A stretch of 64,000 nucleotides of DNA, taken from Escherichia coli. Lineage in GTDB: Bacteria; Pseudomonadota; Gammaproteobacteria; Enterobacterales; Enterobacteriaceae. The translations under genes and the position numbers were made by a program. The notes under the pieces were generated by a model. It worked only from the letters and a program-made list of their open reading frames with translations, was not told the DNA's origin and searched no databases. Location of the stretch: assembly GCF_044324785.1 (NCBI RefSeq), contig NZ_CP172127.1; one strand, 5' to 3'. Every line of letters starts with the position of its first letter. Position 1 is the first letter of the stretch. Below are positions 33,093-45,114 of the stretch, piece after piece.

Positions 33093-34433
33093 TCAGAACG
33101 CGTAGTTAAAGTTAGTACCGAACAGCCAGGCTTTACCTTCTGACTCGAAGGAATAAGCTGCCGGTCCTTCACCTTCAGTAAACTTCACATTCTGACCGTG
33201 CATATAAGATGCACCAACGTCAATGGATGCATCTTCATTAAATGCGTAGGTTAACCCAGCACTTAACCACAAGCGATCCTGGTCAGGAATAGAAATAGAA
33301 CGTTTATCGGCCGGAACTGGGCTATCGTCATAGGCGATACCGGTACGGAAGGTCCAGTTTTTATCGTAATAGTAGGTTGTACCCAACGCGATACGATATG
33401 CGTCACGGAATCCTTCATCTTTATAGAACAGAGTCTGACCACTATCGCCTTTCGCTTTCAACTCCTGGAACTGGCTCCAACTGGTATAGGCCATGCTGTA
33501 GTGAATTGCCCACTGTGGCGCAACACGGTTATAACCAGAAATCTCCCACATCTCAGGTAAATTCAGCGTCAAGGACCCATTTTGGGTTGCACCCATTGTG
33601 CCATACGGTAAACCCATGCTACCCAAAATGTTGTTCAGATTTGGGTTAATGGAACTTTTGTAATCCCCTTCGAAGTCGATTTTAACTTCAGAACGATAGG
33701 TTAGGCCCCAACGGTTGTCTTTATCCAGTTCATAAAGAATACCCGCGTTCCAGCCAAAGCCCCATTCGTCACCTTTCAGATGAGCAATTTGAGAGTCCGG
33801 GGTATTAATACCATTGGTTAGTGAAGCGGGTACACCTTGGGCAATCAACTGTTGAGACAACAAAGGCCCCAGCGAACCGGCGTAACGCTCAATTTTTGCC
33901 TTAGCGTATACAGCATCAAAACCAAGACCAAAACTCCAGCTATTGTTAAGGCGATAGGCTCCGCTAAGGTTAAGGTTGATTGTTTGCAGATCGGTTTTAC
34001 CGCCATAGATTCCAGCAGCGTAGTTATCATTAAATTCCGTGGCCAGACCATAGTTCGAGGTAATAGAAGCCCCCCAACCAAACTGATCGTTAATAGGTGC
34101 TACGAAATGTAGATTAGGTACCCACGCAGTTGGTGCAATATTATCTGCATCAGCACGCTGGCCCGTTAAATCGGAACGCCCAGAAATATCTACATCCGGA
34201 TCAATATAAACCGCACCCGCAGAAAATGTCGGGCGGTCAAACATGGTAATCAATGCGGGGTTACGGCTAACGTTACCTGCATCATCGGCAATTGCACCTT
34301 CCCCTGAATAAGCCCGGCCCAGGCCAGAGGAAGAAAATTCGTTTAACTGAAAGCCTGCCGACCAGGCCTGGGTGGAGATAAGTGCCACTGCGACTGCGAG
34401 AGCAGACTTTGTAAACAGGGTTTTCTGGCTCAT
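33093..34433 (-). CDS. fadL: long-chain fatty acid outer membrane transporter
   Basis: Track ORF 33093-34439; the FadL N-terminus [29 protein letters not shown] puts the start at 34433; ends with the beta-barrel C-terminal motif NFNYAF. Confidence 0.95.
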   Translation of the reverse strand: MSQKTLFTKSALAVAVALISTQAWSAGFQLNEFSSSGLGRAYSGEGAIADDAGNVSRNPALITMFDRPTFSAGAVYIDPDVDISGRSDLTGQRADADNIAPTAWVPNLHFVAPINDQFGWGASITSNYGLATEFNDNYAAGIYGGKTDLQTINLNLSGAYRLNNSWSFGLGFDAVYAKAKIERYAGSLGPLLSQQLIAQGVPASLTNGINTPDSQIAHLKGDEWGFGWNAGILYELDKDNRWGLTYRSEVKIDFEGDYKSSINPNLNNILGSMGLPYGTMGATQNGSLTLNLPEMWEISGYNRVAPQWAIHYSMAYTSWSQFQELKAKGDSGQTLFYKDEGFRDAYRIALGTTYYYDKNWTFRTGIAYDDSPVPADKRSISIPDQDRLWLSAGLTYAFNEDASIDVGASYMHGQNVKFTEGEGPAAYSFESEGKAWLFGTNFNYAF

Positions 34434-34522
34434 GACCATAACCTCAATGATTTATTTTTATACAAACTATGTTACGTGCTGTAACAGGAGCGCGAAGTGT
34501 AGGGTCTGAGGTACATCTTAGA

Positions 34523-34559
34523 AATCAGACCAGTGGCGAGAGTATAGGTCGGACCAGCT
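34523..34559. promoter_or_regulatory. two putative FadR operator sites in the fadL promoter region
   Basis: 34544-34559 reverse complement AGCTGGTCCGACCTAT and 34523-34536 reverse complement CCACTGGTCTGATT resemble the FadR palindrome (CTGGTC-N-GACCAG type). Confidence 0.55.
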
Positions 34560-34804
34560 GGAATGTTGCAAGTATGTTTCTATCTTTTTTCAAATATGAT
34601 CTAAGAAACGCGATCCAGCTGGCAAAATTTGGAGGTGGCGCACTCATGGATTCGGGTGAATTTTGTTTTAGATCATTTTTAAGTGTGATTTCGGTCACTT
34701 ATCCGATTTTGCAGAATTAACAACTGGAGCAGCACTTTCCGGAAGCGTAAAATATCCACAACGTTTATCTGGCACCTTGGGTGCACATACAGAGGAAATC
34801 AACG

Positions 34805-35089
34805 ATGAGTAAATGTAGTGCTGATGAAACCCCGGTTTGCTGCTGTATGGATGTTGGCACCATTATGGACAACTCCGACTGCACCGCGTCTTACAGCCGC
34901 GTGTTTGCAAACCGCGCAGAAGCAGAACAAACGCTGGCGGCGCTGACTGAAAAAGCCCGTAGCGTGGAATCCGAACCGTGCAAAATCACCCCGACTTTCA
35001 CTGAAGAGTCTGACGGTGTGCGCCTGGATATCGATTTCACTTTTGCCTGCGAAGCTGAAATGCTGATCTTCCAGCTGGGTCTGCGTTAA
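34805..35089 (+). CDS. yfcZ: small protein YfcZ (UPF0381)
   Basis: Track ORF 34781-35089; the YfcZ N-terminus MSKCSADETPVCCCMDVGT puts the start at 34805 (94 aa). Confidence 0.88.
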   Translation: MSKCSADETPVCCCMDVGTIMDNSDCTASYSRVFANRAEAEQTLAALTEKARSVESEPCKITPTFTEESDGVRLDIDFTFACEAEMLIFQLGLR

Positions 35090-35106
35090 TTCCTCTCGGG
35101 TGCGTA

Positions 35107-35143
35107 CGCCCCTGTCAGTTGTTGGCAGGGGCGTTTTATTTTC
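35107..35143 (+). terminator. intrinsic terminator downstream of yfcZ
   Basis: CGCCCCTG (35107-35114), 11-nt loop, CAGGGGCG (35126-35133), then TTTTATTTT. Confidence 0.75.
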
Positions 35144-35226
35144 TCTTCTACTTTTCTCTCTGTGTCATAGCTCCCACTTTCCCTTTTCTCCACTTGGCTA
35201 AATGTAAAAAAATGGTTAAGACTATG

Positions 35227-35243
35227 ATCAGGTCAGACCACTT
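35227..35243. promoter_or_regulatory. putative FadR operator upstream of fadIJ
   Basis: Reverse complement AAGTGGTCTGACCTGAT closely matches the FadR operator palindrome; about 30 bp upstream of the fadI start. Confidence 0.6.
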
Positions 35244-35269
35244 TATTTATTATTTTACAGGGGAGTGTT

Positions 35270-36580
35270 ATGGGTCAGGTTTTACCGCTGGTTACCCGCC
35301 AGGGCGATCGTATCGCCATTGTTAGCGGTTTACGTACGCCTTTTGCCCGCCAGGCGACGGCTTTTCATGGCATTCCCGCGGTTGATTTAGGGAAGATGGT
35401 GGTAGGCGAACTGCTGGCACGCGGCGAAATTCCCGCCGAAGTGATTGAACAACTGGTCTTTGGTCAGGTCGTACAAATGCCGGAAGCCCCCAACATTGCG
35501 CGTGAAATTGTTCTCGGCACCGGAATGAATGTGCATACCGATGCTTACAGCGTCAGCCGCGCTTGCGCTACCAGTTTCCAGGCGGTTGCAAACGTCGCAG
35601 AAAGCCTGATGGCGGGAACTATTCGCGCGGGGATTGCCGGTGGGGCCGATTCCTCTTCCGTATTGCCAATTGGCGTCAGTAAAAAACTGGCGCGCGTGCT
35701 GGTTGATGTCAACAAAGCTCGAACCATGAGCCAGCGCCTGAAACTCTTCTCTCGCCTGCGTTTGCGCGACTTAATGCCCGTACCGCCTGCGGTAGCAGAA
35801 TATTCTACTGGCTTACGGATGGGCGACACCGCCGAACAAATGGCGAAAACCTACGGTATTACTCGCGAACAGCAAGATGCATTAGCGCACCGTTCGCATC
35901 AGCGAGCCGCTCAGGCCTGGTCAGACGGTAAACTCAAAGAAGAGGTGATGACTGCCTTTATCCCTCCTTATAAACAACCGCTTGCCGAAGACAACAATAT
36001 TCGCGGTAATTCCTCGCTTGCTGATTACGCAAAGTTGCGTCCGGCGTTTGATCGTAAACACGGGACGGTAACGGCAGCAAACAGTACGCCGCTGACCGAT
36101 GGCGCAGCGGCGGTGATCCTGATGACCGAATCGCGGGCGAAAGAATTAGGGCTGGTACCGCTGGGGTATCTGCGCAGTTACGCATTTACTGCGATAGATG
36201 TCTGGCAGGACATGTTGCTCGGTCCGGCCTGGTCAACGCCGCTGGCGCTGGAACGTGCCGGTTTGACAATGAGCGATCTGACATTGATCGATATGCACGA
36301 AGCCTTTGCAGCTCAGACACTGGCGAATATTCAGTTGCTGGGTAGCGAACGTTTTGCTCGTGATGTACTGGGGCGTGCACATGCCACTGGCGAAGTGGAC
36401 GATAGCAAATTTAACGTGCTTGGCGGTTCGATTGCTTACGGGCATCCCTTCGCGGCGACCGGCGCGCGGATGATTACCCAGACATTGCATGAACTTCGCC
36501 GTCGCGGCGGTGGATTTGGATTAGTGACCGCCTGTGCTGCGGGTGGGCTTGGCGCGGCAATGGTTGTGGAGGCGGAATAA
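35270..36580 (+). CDS. fadI: 3-ketoacyl-CoA thiolase (anaerobic beta-oxidation)
   Basis: 436-aa thiolase ORF recognised as FadI (YfcY). Confidence 0.95.
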   Translation: MGQVLPLVTRQGDRIAIVSGLRTPFARQATAFHGIPAVDLGKMVVGELLARGEIPAEVIEQLVFGQVVQMPEAPNIAREIVLGTGMNVHTDAYSVSRACATSFQAVANVAESLMAGTIRAGIAGGADSSSVLPIGVSKKLARVLVDVNKARTMSQRLKLFSRLRLRDLMPVPPAVAEYSTGLRMGDTAEQMAKTYGITREQQDALAHRSHQRAAQAWSDGKLKEEVMTAFIPPYKQPLAEDNNIRGNSSLADYAKLRPAFDRKHGTVTAANSTPLTDGAAAVILMTESRAKELGLVPLGYLRSYAFTAIDVWQDMLLGPAWSTPLALERAGLTMSDLTLIDMHEAFAAQTLANIQLLGSERFARDVLGRAHATGEVDDSKFNVLGGSIAYGHPFAATGARMITQTLHELRRRGGGFGLVTACAAGGLGAAMVVEAE

Positions 36581-38724
36581 TGGAAATGGCATCAGCGTTT
36601 ACCCTTAATGTCCGTCTGGACAACATTGCTGTTATCACCATCGACGTACCGGGTGAGAAAATGAATACCCTGAAGGCGGAGTTTGCCTCGCAGGTGCGCG
36701 CCATTATTAAACAACTCCGCGAAAATAAAGATCTGCGCGGTGTGGTGTTTATCTCCGCGAAACCGGACAACTTTATCGCTGGTGCAGACATCAACATGAT
36801 CGGCAACTGCAAAACGGCGCAAGAAGCGGAAGCACTGGCGCGGCAGGGTCAACAGTTAATGGCGGAGATTCATGCTTTGCCCGTTCCGGTTATCGCGGCT
36901 ATTCATGGCGCTTGCCTGGGCGGTGGGCTGGAGTTGGCGCTGGCGTGCCACGGTCGCGTGTGTACTGATGATCCTAAAACGGTGCTCGGTTTGCCTGAAG
37001 TACAACTTGGATTAATACCCGGTTCAGGCGGCACCCAGCGTTTACCGCGCCTGATAGGTGTCAGCACAGCATTAGAGATGATCCTCACTGGAAAACAACT
37101 TCGGGCGAAACAGGCATTAAAGCTGGGGCTGGTGGATGACGTCGTTCCGCAATCAATTTTACTGGAAGCCGCTGTTGAGCTGGCAAAGCAGGATCGTCCA
37201 TCTTCACGCCCTCTACCTGTACGCGAGCGTATTCTGGCGGGGCCGTTAGGTCGTGCGCTGCTGTTCAAAATGGTCGGCAAGAAAACAGAACACAAAACTC
37301 AGGGTAACTATCCGGCGACAGAACGCATCCTGGAGGTTGTCGAAACGGGATTAGCGCAGGGCACCAGTAGCGGCTATGACGCTGAAGCCCGTGCTTTTGG
37401 CGAACTGGCGATGACGCCGCAATCGCAGGCGCTGCGTAGTATCTTTTTTGCCAGTACGGACGTGAAGAAAGATCCTGGCAGTGATGCGCCGCCTGCGCCA
37501 TTAAACAGCGTGGGAATTTTAGGTGGTGGCTTGATGGGCGGCGGTATTGCTTACGTCACTGCTTGTAAAGCGGGGCTTCCGGTCAGAATTAAAGATATCA
37601 ACCCGCAGGGCATAAATCATGCGCTGAAGTACAGTTGGGATCAGCTGGAGGGCAAAGTTCGCCGTCGTCATCTCAAAGCCAGCGAACGTGACAGACAGCT
37701 GGCATTAATCTCCGGAACGACGGACTATCGCGGCTTTGCCCATCGCGATCTGATTATTGAAGCGGTGTTTGAAAATCTCGAATTAAAACAACAGATGGTG
37801 GCGGAAGTGGAGAAAAATTGCGCCGCTCATACCATCTTTGCTTCGAACACGTCATCTTTACCGATTGGCGATATCGCCGCTCACGCCGCGCGACCTGAGC
37901 AAGTTATTGGCCTGCATTTCTTCAGTCCGGTGGAAAAAATGCCGCTGGTGGAGATTATTCCTCATGCGGGGACATCGGCGCAAACCATCGCTACCACAGT
38001 AAAACTGGCGAAAAAACAGGGTAAAACGCCAATTGTCGTGCGTGACAAAGCCGGGTTTTACGTCAATCGCATTTTAGCGCCTTACATTAATGAAGCTATC
38101 CGCATGTTGACCGAAGGTGAACGGGTAGAGCACATTGATGCCGCGCTGGTGAAATTTGGTTTTCCGGTAGGCCCAATCCAACTTTTGGATGAGGTAGGAA
38201 TCGACACCGGGACTAAAATTATTCCTGTACTGGAAGCCGCTTATGGAGAACGTTTTAGCGCGCCTGCAAATGTTGTTTCTTCAATTTTGAACGACGATCG
38301 CAAAGGCAGAAAAAATGGCCGGGGTTTCTATCTTTATGGTCAGAAAGGGCGTAAAAGCAAAAAACAGGTCGATCCCGCCATTTACCCGCTGATTGGCACA
38401 CAAGGGCAGGGGCGACTCTCCGCACCGCAGGTAGCTGAACGGTGTGTGATGTTGATGCTGAATGAAGCAGTACGTTGTCTGGACGAGCAGGTTATCCGTA
38501 GCGTGCGTGACGGAGATATTGGCGCGGTATTTGGCATTGGTTTTCCGCCATTTCTCGGTGGTCCGTTCCGCTACATCGATTCTCTCGGTGCGGGTGAAGT
38601 GGTTGCAATAATGCAACGACTGGCCACGCAGTATGGTTCCCGTTTTACCCCTTGCGAGCGTTTAGTCGAGATGAGCAAGCGTGGGGAAAGTTTTTGGAAA
38701 ACAACTGCAACTGACCTGCAATAA
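36580..38724 (+). CDS. fadJ: fatty acid oxidation complex alpha subunit (enoyl-CoA hydratase / 3-hydroxyacyl-CoA dehydrogenase)
   Basis: 714-aa ORF recognised as FadJ (YfcX); start overlaps the fadI stop. Confidence 0.95.
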   Translation: MEMASAFTLNVRLDNIAVITIDVPGEKMNTLKAEFASQVRAIIKQLRENKDLRGVVFISAKPDNFIAGADINMIGNCKTAQEAEALARQGQQLMAEIHALPVPVIAAIHGACLGGGLELALACHGRVCTDDPKTVLGLPEVQLGLIPGSGGTQRLPRLIGVSTALEMILTGKQLRAKQALKLGLVDDVVPQSILLEAAVELAKQDRPSSRPLPVRERILAGPLGRALLFKMVGKKTEHKTQGNYPATERILEVVETGLAQGTSSGYDAEARAFGELAMTPQSQALRSIFFASTDVKKDPGSDAPPAPLNSVGILGGGLMGGGIAYVTACKAGLPVRIKDINPQGINHALKYSWDQLEGKVRRRHLKASERDRQLALISGTTDYRGFAHRDLIIEAVFENLELKQQMVAEVEKNCAAHTIFASNTSSLPIGDIAAHAARPEQVIGLHFFSPVEKMPLVEIIPHAGTSAQTIATTVKLAKKQGKTPIVVRDKAGFYVNRILAPYINEAIRMLTEGERVEHIDAALVKFGFPVGPIQLLDEVGIDTGTKIIPVLEAAYGERFSAPANVVSSILNDDRKGRKNGRGFYLYGQKGRKSKKQVDPAIYPLIGTQGQGRLSAPQVAERCVMLMLNEAVRCLDEQVIRSVRDGDIGAVFGIGFPPFLGGPFRYIDSLGAGEVVAIMQRLATQYGSRFTPCERLVEMSKRGESFWKTTATDLQ

Positions 38725-38926
38725 GAAGGTCAAAGCTATATGAATCCGCGCTGAATGGCGGAGTGTTGCTCAAAATGTAAACGCATATTGACTATACTTA
38801 CGCCATTGAGGTAAAAAACAGCGTTTCATTCGGTGAATGGATAAGGCACAATGCCGGCCACCGTTTTCTTTCTCTGGTTTCAGATGAAAGAAAACGGGCG
38901 AATCTGGTTAACAAAAGCGGTGCAAT

Positions 38927-39412
38927 ATGCAAGTTTTTATCATGCGTCACGGCGACGCAGCCCTCGATGCCGCCAGTGATTCGGTTCGTCCTCTGACTAC
39001 TAACGGTTGTGATGAATCTCGCCTGATGGCGAACTGGCTGAAAGGTCAAAAAGTGGAAATCGAACGCGTTCTGGTGAGCCCGTTCCTGCGAGCCGAGCAA
39101 ACACTGGAAGAAGTAGGGGATTGTCTGAACCTGCCTTCCAGTGCAGAAGTTCTGCCGGAGTTAACGCCCTGCGGCGATGTTGGTCTGGTCAGTGCCTATT
39201 TACAGGCGTTGACCAATGAAGGTGTTGCTTCGGTACTGGTGATCTCCCACTTACCCTTAGTCGGGTATCTGGTTGCTGAGTTATGTCCGGGCGAAACGCC
39301 GCCTATGTTTACCACCTCGGCCATTGCCAGCGTAACGCTTGATGAAAGCGGAAACGGCACATTCAACTGGCAGATGAGCCCATGTAATCTGAAGATGGCA
39401 AAGGCGATTTAA
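38927..39412 (+). CDS. sixA: phosphohistidine phosphatase SixA
   Basis: 161-aa ORF MQVFIMRHGDA... with the RHG phosphatase motif; recognised as SixA. Confidence 0.93.
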   Translation: MQVFIMRHGDAALDAASDSVRPLTTNGCDESRLMANWLKGQKVEIERVLVSPFLRAEQTLEEVGDCLNLPSSAEVLPELTPCGDVGLVSAYLQALTNEGVASVLVISHLPLVGYLVAELCPGETPPMFTTSAIASVTLDESGNGTFNWQMSPCNLKMAKAI

Positions 39413-39423
39413 TACGCATGCAC

Positions 39424-39460
39424 AAGGCCCGCTGGCGTAAGCTATCGGGCCTTTATTTTT
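39424..39460 (+). terminator. intrinsic terminator downstream of sixA
   Basis: AAGGCCCG (39424-39431), loop, CGGGCCTT (39446-39453), then TATTTTT. Confidence 0.75.
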
Positions 39461-40072
39461 CTGGCAATGTTGAATTTATTCAATCTTATTGTACTAATAA
39501 TGATCCGCTTGTGATCGAATGGTCTTTATTTTATACGGCATGACGCTTTTATTCGTGAGAATTTACATATTGAAAGAGAATTTACTTTTATTCATAAATT
39601 ATTTTTTCTGGAAGCATTTTTAGGTAAATAATGACTAAGGTGAAAATATTATTGGGTCTTGATTTTATATTAATTATAGTGTTTTAATATTATATCGTTG
39701 CGAAATTAATATCACAAGATAGTCATTGCCATGTGATTGTTTTTGACTTTGATTTATTCACTGTATTTTTGCATTTGCCGTTTTTTTGAACTCATTCTTC
39801 ATAACTGAGATGAAAAATTTCAGTAATTATTATTCCTGCCTATTAATTAAGTATTTCTAACTTTGAATGTTAGAAAATCTAAATTGCTTCAGTCATATTA
39901 AAATATCAATATGTTCGGCACGCCAAAGAATATTGATTCAAGGGACCTGTTTTTTCAGGATCTGAAAATATGTTCATTGGCTGGTTAAAAGTCGCTGCAA
40001 AAAATTGAAGAAGTTCTGCGTCAATATTTCAGTTGGCTTATATTCTAATTATTTATGATTTAAGGACAAATA

Positions 40073-40639
40073 ATGAGTAAGTTTGTAAAAGCAGCAGTTG
40101 CCACGGCAATGCTTATGGGGGCGCTGACTTCAGCATCAGTCGTTGCCGCAGGGAATAACGGTACAGTGAGATTTTACGGCACAATTGAAGACTCCCCGTG
40201 CTCAATTGTTCCTGACGATCATAAACTGGAAGTGGATATGGGCAGCATCGGTACGGGTTCTTTAACCGGCGGCAAAAAAACCACACCAAAAGATTTCCAG
40301 ATTCGTTTACAGGACTGTAATTTCAATACAGAAACGACAATGTCCACCACATTTACCGGTAATCCATACTCCACTAAAACAGATAACTATTCTTTGTCTA
40401 ACATGGATAATGGAACTGAAATTCCAAACGTTAGCCTGGTTATCGGTGACCAGCACGGTACAGGTTATGCTATGGGAGCAGAGATTAAGCAACCTATCGT
40501 GAAGGACAGTTCAACGGGAAAAGGCAAGCCTAAACAAACTCTGAACTTTAAAGCATGGTTAGTGGGTGAAACGGATGCTGTAACACCAACACCGGCACCG
40601 TTTGAAACGCTGACGACGTTCCAAATCACGTATCTCTAA
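40073..40639 (+). CDS. yfcV: fimbrial major subunit-like protein (Yfc chaperone-usher fimbriae)
   Basis: 188-aa ORF with signal peptide and pilin-like C-terminus; first gene of the yfc operon. Confidence 0.85.
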   Translation: MSKFVKAAVATAMLMGALTSASVVAAGNNGTVRFYGTIEDSPCSIVPDDHKLEVDMGSIGTGSLTGGKKTTPKDFQIRLQDCNFNTETTMSTTFTGNPYSTKTDNYSLSNMDNGTEIPNVSLVIGDQHGTGYAMGAEIKQPIVKDSSTGKGKPKQTLNFKAWLVGETDAVTPTPAPFETLTTFQITYL

Positions 40640-40710
40640 TGTATTTCCCCCATAGCTGCAAAGTTATGGGGTTTATAACTACCAAATAACTAAATTATAA
40701 AAAATCATGG

Positions 40711-43362
40711 ATGGATACGCCGATGCCAGAACATTCTTTTCTCCGTTTACGGGGGCTTTCGTGGTGGATTGCTCTGGCAATTTCTGGAAGTCCATTTAAT
40801 GCCCTGGCAGACGATACCATTCAGTTTGATGGCCGATTTCTTGATTTAAAAGGCAATACCAAAATTGATTTGGGCCGTTTTTCGCAAAAAGGCTATGTAG
40901 AACCGGGAAAATATAACTTACGCGTTCATGTAAATAATCAGCCGTTACCTGACGACTACGATATCTACTGGTACGCAACTGAAAACGATCCGAATAAATC
41001 ATATGCCTGCTTATCGCCAGAGCTGGTTGCCCAGTTTGGTCTGAAGGAAGATATTGCGAAGAATTTGCAATGGATCCGCGATGGTCAGTGTCTGAATACG
41101 GCACTTTTAGCAGGTACAGAAATTAGCGGCGATTTAGGCCAGTCTGCACTCCTTGTTTCTGTACCGCAGGCTTATCTGGAATATACCGACAGCGAGTGGG
41201 ACCCGCCTTCGCGCTGGGATGACGGTATCCCTGGGCTTATTGCCGATTACAGTATCAACGCGCAAACCCGACATGAAAATGGGGGTGATGACACCAACGA
41301 CATCAGCGGTAATGGTACGGTCGGCGTTAACGTTGGGCCGTGGCGCTTACGAGCTGACTGGCAGAGCGATTATCAGCATACCCGCAGTAACGATGACGGC
41401 GACACTGACGATAGCGGTACGCAAAAAAACTGGGAGTGGAGTCGTTACTACGCCTGGCGCGCCTTGCCGTCATTAAAAGCCAAACTTTCGCTGGGCGAAG
41501 ATTACCTCAACTCCGATATTTTTGATGGCTTCAGTTACATTGGCGGCAGCATCAGTACCGATGATCAAATGTTACCGCCAAACCTGCGCGGCTACGCACC
41601 CGATATTTCAGGCGTTGCACACACTACTGCTAAAGTGACTGTAACCCAAATGGGCCGTGTCATTTACGAAACTCAGGTGCCCGCAGGTCCATTCCGCATC
41701 CAGGATATTGGCGACTCCGTCTCTGGCACGCTGCATGTCCGCATTGAAGAACAAAACGGCCAGGTACAGGAATACGACGTCAGCACGGCGTCCATGCCGT
41801 TCCTGACTCGCCCCGGCCAGGTGCGTTACAAAGTGACAATGGGGCGTCCACAAAACTGGGACCATCAGGTTGCAGGTAGCTTCTTCTCGGGCGGCGAGGC
41901 ATCGTGGGGGATTGCCAATGGCTGGTCGCTCTACGGCGGTGCGTTAGCCGATGAAAACTACCAGTCGGCGGCGCTGGGCCTCGGTCGTGACCTGGCGCTG
42001 CTAGGCGCGTTAGCGTTTGATGTCACTCACTCTCGTGTTCAACTCGACGATAACAGCGTGTATGGCAACAAAACGCTGGACGGCAACTCTTATCGCGTCA
42101 GCTATGCCAAAGATTTTGATGAACTCAACAGTCGGGTGACGTTTGCTGGATACCGCTTCTCTGAAAAAAACTACATGACCATGAGCGAGTATCTGGATGC
42201 GAACGACGACGACCGGGCGCGCACCGGTAACGACAAAGAGATGTATACGGTCACCTATAACCAGAACTTCACGGATGCGCGCGTTTCGGTCTATCTCAAC
42301 TATTCCCACCATACCTACTGGGATCGCCAGGATCAGACCAACTACAACATGATGCTTTCTCATTATTTCAATTTAGGAAGCCTTCGCAACCTGAGCGTTT
42401 CTCTGACCGGTTATCGCTACGAATACGATAAAAGTGCCGACAAGGGTGTTTATCTGTCCTTAAGTTTGCCGTGGGGCGACAACAGCACCATCAGTTACAA
42501 CGGCAACTATGGCAGCGGTGCCGACAGCAATCAGGTGAGCCTGTACCACCGCATTGATGACGCCAGCCACTACACGGTAAGCGCCGGAACCAGCGAAAAC
42601 CACAGCAGCGTGGATGGCTACTACAGCCACGATGGTACTCTGGCAAAAGTTGATCTCAGTGCCAACTACCATGAAGGGCAATACACCTCAGCGGGGATCT
42701 CTTTACAGGGCGGGGCAACGTTGACCGCTCACGGCGGGGCGCTGCATCGTACACAAAACATGGGCGGTACACGTCTGTTAATCGACGCTGATGGCGTTGC
42801 TAATGTGCCGGTTGAAGGTAATGGTTCCGCCGTTTATACCAACATGTTCGGCAAAGCGGTGGTGGCTGATGTGAATGATTACTACCGCAACCAGGCTTAT
42901 ATCGATTTGAACAAACTGCCGGAAAACGCCGAAGCCACGAAATCAGTGGTTCAGGCAACGCTGACGGAAGGCGCTATTGGCTACCGTAAATTTGCGGTGA
43001 TCAGCGGTGAGAAGGCGATGGCAGTGCTGCGCTTGCAGGATGGCAGCCATCCGCCATTTGGGGCGGAAGTGAAAAACGATAATCAACAACAAGTTGGATT
43101 AGTTGATGACGAAGGTAATGTTTATCTGGCAGGCGTTAAACCGGGTGAACATATGACCGTTTTCTGGGAGGGTGAATCTCACTGCGATATCAGCCTGCCA
43201 GACCCGTTACCGAATGACCTGTTCAATGGCTTGTTGTTGCCATGCCAGCAAAAGGGGGGAAGTGCTCCCGTCATACCGCATGATATTCAACCCGTCATTC
43301 AGGAGCAGACACAACAGGTGACACCAATGGAACCGCCGATGTCTGTTTCATCGAACCAATAA
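40711..43362 (+). CDS. yfcU: fimbrial outer membrane usher, apparently intact
   Basis: Uninterrupted 883-aa ORF of usher size; true start may be the internal Met at codon 5. Confidence 0.85.
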   Translation: MDTPMPEHSFLRLRGLSWWIALAISGSPFNALADDTIQFDGRFLDLKGNTKIDLGRFSQKGYVEPGKYNLRVHVNNQPLPDDYDIYWYATENDPNKSYACLSPELVAQFGLKEDIAKNLQWIRDGQCLNTALLAGTEISGDLGQSALLVSVPQAYLEYTDSEWDPPSRWDDGIPGLIADYSINAQTRHENGGDDTNDISGNGTVGVNVGPWRLRADWQSDYQHTRSNDDGDTDDSGTQKNWEWSRYYAWRALPSLKAKLSLGEDYLNSDIFDGFSYIGGSISTDDQMLPPNLRGYAPDISGVAHTTAKVTVTQMGRVIYETQVPAGPFRIQDIGDSVSGTLHVRIEEQNGQVQEYDVSTASMPFLTRPGQVRYKVTMGRPQNWDHQVAGSFFSGGEASWGIANGWSLYGGALADENYQSAALGLGRDLALLGALAFDVTHSRVQLDDNSVYGNKTLDGNSYRVSYAKDFDELNSRVTFAGYRFSEKNYMTMSEYLDANDDDRARTGNDKEMYTVTYNQNFTDARVSVYLNYSHHTYWDRQDQTNYNMMLSHYFNLGSLRNLSVSLTGYRYEYDKSADKGVYLSLSLPWGDNSTISYNGNYGSGADSNQVSLYHRIDDASHYTVSAGTSENHSSVDGYYSHDGTLAKVDLSANYHEGQYTSAGISLQGGATLTAHGGALHRTQNMGGTRLLIDADGVANVPVEGNGSAVYTNMFGKAVVADVNDYYRNQAYIDLNKLPENAEATKSVVQATLTEGAIGYRKFAVISGEKAMAVLRLQDGSHPPFGAEVKNDNQQQVGLVDDEGNVYLAGVKPGEHMTVFWEGESHCDISLPDPLPNDLFNGLLLPCQQKGGSAPVIPHDIQPVIQEQTQQVTPMEPPMSVSSNQ

Positions 43363-43381
43363 CGTGATTAAGGAATGATCC

Positions 43382-44131
43382 ATGACTAAATATCTCTCTG
43401 CCAAAACATTGACAACGGTACTGTCGTTACTGGCAGCAACGGTAAGTTTTTCTACCCAGGCGTCAGTAACGCCCGATCGTACTCGCCTGATTTTTAATGA
43501 AAGCGATAAATCCATCAGCGTGACGCTGCGTAATAACGACCCAAAACTGCCTTATCTGGCGCAAAGCTGGATTGAAGATGAAAAGGGCGTCAAAATCAGC
43601 TCGCCGCTGGCGGTATTGCCGCCCGTACAGCGCATTGATGCAATGATGAATGGTCAGGTAAAAATTCAGGGCCTGCCGGATATTCATAAATTACCTGCCG
43701 ATCGGGAATCGATGTTCTATTTCAACGTGCGCGAAATTCCGCCGAAATCGAACAAATCCAACACGCTACAAATCGCTCTTCAGACGCGTATCAAACTTTT
43801 CTGGCGACCGAAAGCTCTGGAAAAAAACACCACGCAAAACCCGTGGCAGCATAAAGTGACCTTAACCCGCAACGGTCAGGAATTTACTGTCAATAACCCG
43901 ACGCCGTATTACGTCATTTTCAGTAATGCCAGCGCACAGAAAAATGGCAATCCGGCAGCCGGTTTCTCGCCAATAGTGATGTCGCCGAAAACCTCTGCAC
44001 CGCTGAATGTGAAGATGGGTAGCGTGCCGGTACTGACCTATGTCAACGACTATGGCGCTCGGATGCCGCTCTTTTTCACCTGCAACGGCAATAGTTGCCA
44101 GGTTGATGAAGAGCAGAGCCGCAAAGGCTGA
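43382..44131 (+). CDS. yfcS: periplasmic fimbrial chaperone (PapD-like)
   Basis: 249-aa ORF with signal peptide; position after the usher gene. Confidence 0.88.
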   Translation: MTKYLSAKTLTTVLSLLAATVSFSTQASVTPDRTRLIFNESDKSISVTLRNNDPKLPYLAQSWIEDEKGVKISSPLAVLPPVQRIDAMMNGQVKIQGLPDIHKLPADRESMFYFNVREIPPKSNKSNTLQIALQTRIKLFWRPKALEKNTTQNPWQHKVTLTRNGQEFTVNNPTPYYVIFSNASAQKNGNPAAGFSPIVMSPKTSAPLNVKMGSVPVLTYVNDYGARMPLFFTCNGNSCQVDEEQSRKG

Positions 44132-44146
44132 GGCCGGGAGTGTGAG

Positions 44147-44638
44147 ATGAAACGACTACTTTTGACCGGGCTGGGAGGAGTGCTGCTTACGGGCAGTGCT
44201 CTTGCCGGTGAAACGAAAAGTGTGCCATTGACATTGCGCGTACTGGTAGACCCACCACCTCCTTGTACCGTAAAAGGCAGTAACGTCGATTTTGGTGATG
44301 TGATCATCAAAAAAATCAATGGTACTGAATATCGCAAAGATGCAGGTTATACCCTGAACTGTGCCAATAGCCTGAGCGATGACCTTCAGATGCAGTTTAA
44401 GGGCACAACCACCACGATCAATGGCGAAACGGTGTTAAGCACGGGAATTACCGGGTTTGGCATTCGTATTGAAAATGCAGCAGATAACTCTCTGTTTGCG
44501 ATTGGCGACAATACCTGGACTCCATTTAGCGTCAGTAGCCAGCCACAACTAAAAGCAGTGCCAGTCAAACAGAATGGCGTGACGCTGACAGGCGCGCAGT
44601 TTAACGCCAGCATGACAATGGTGGTGGATTACCAATGA
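44147..44638 (+). CDS. yfcR: fimbrial minor subunit-like protein
   Basis: 163-aa secreted ORF with C-terminal VDYQ pilin-like strand. Confidence 0.8.
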   Translation: MKRLLLTGLGGVLLTGSALAGETKSVPLTLRVLVDPPPPCTVKGSNVDFGDVIIKKINGTEYRKDAGYTLNCANSLSDDLQMQFKGTTTTINGETVLSTGITGFGIRIENAADNSLFAIGDNTWTPFSVSSQPQLKAVPVKQNGVTLTGAQFNASMTMVVDYQ

Positions 44639-45114
44639 AACGACTCTCGTTAATTTTATTATCCGCTTTTTGCACCATAACGCATGCCGCACCGGAAGAT
44701 ATCACCTTCACGGGTACGCTGATCGAACCTCCGGTCTGCACCGTCAGCAATGGTGATGATATTGAGATCCAGTTTATCGACGTCATTATCGACAATATTG
44801 ACGGGGTTAATTACCGCAAAGATGTTCCGTACCAGATAACGTGTGACCCTGATATTACCGATGACGCCTGGGTAATGACGCTAACCTGGACCGGTACACA
44901 GACCAGCTATAACGATGCGGCGATTCAGACGGATGTGACGGGTTTAGGGATTGAACTCCAGCAAAACGGTCAGCCCTTTAAGCTGAATACCCCGCTTAAC
45001 GTGACACCCGCCAACCTGCCGAAGTTGAAGGCCGCACCTGTAAAAGCTTCCGATGCCACGCTGACTGACGGTAACTTTTCCGCTTACGCCACATTGCAGG
45101 TGGATTATCAATGA
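44635..45114 (+). CDS. yfcQ: fimbrial minor subunit-like protein
   Basis: 159-aa secreted ORF ending in LQVDYQ; 4-bp overlap with yfcR. Confidence 0.8.
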   Translation: MKRLSLILLSAFCTITHAAPEDITFTGTLIEPPVCTVSNGDDIEIQFIDVIIDNIDGVNYRKDVPYQITCDPDITDDAWVMTLTWTGTQTSYNDAAIQTDVTGLGIELQQNGQPFKLNTPLNVTPANLPKLKAAPVKASDATLTDGNFSAYATLQVDYQ

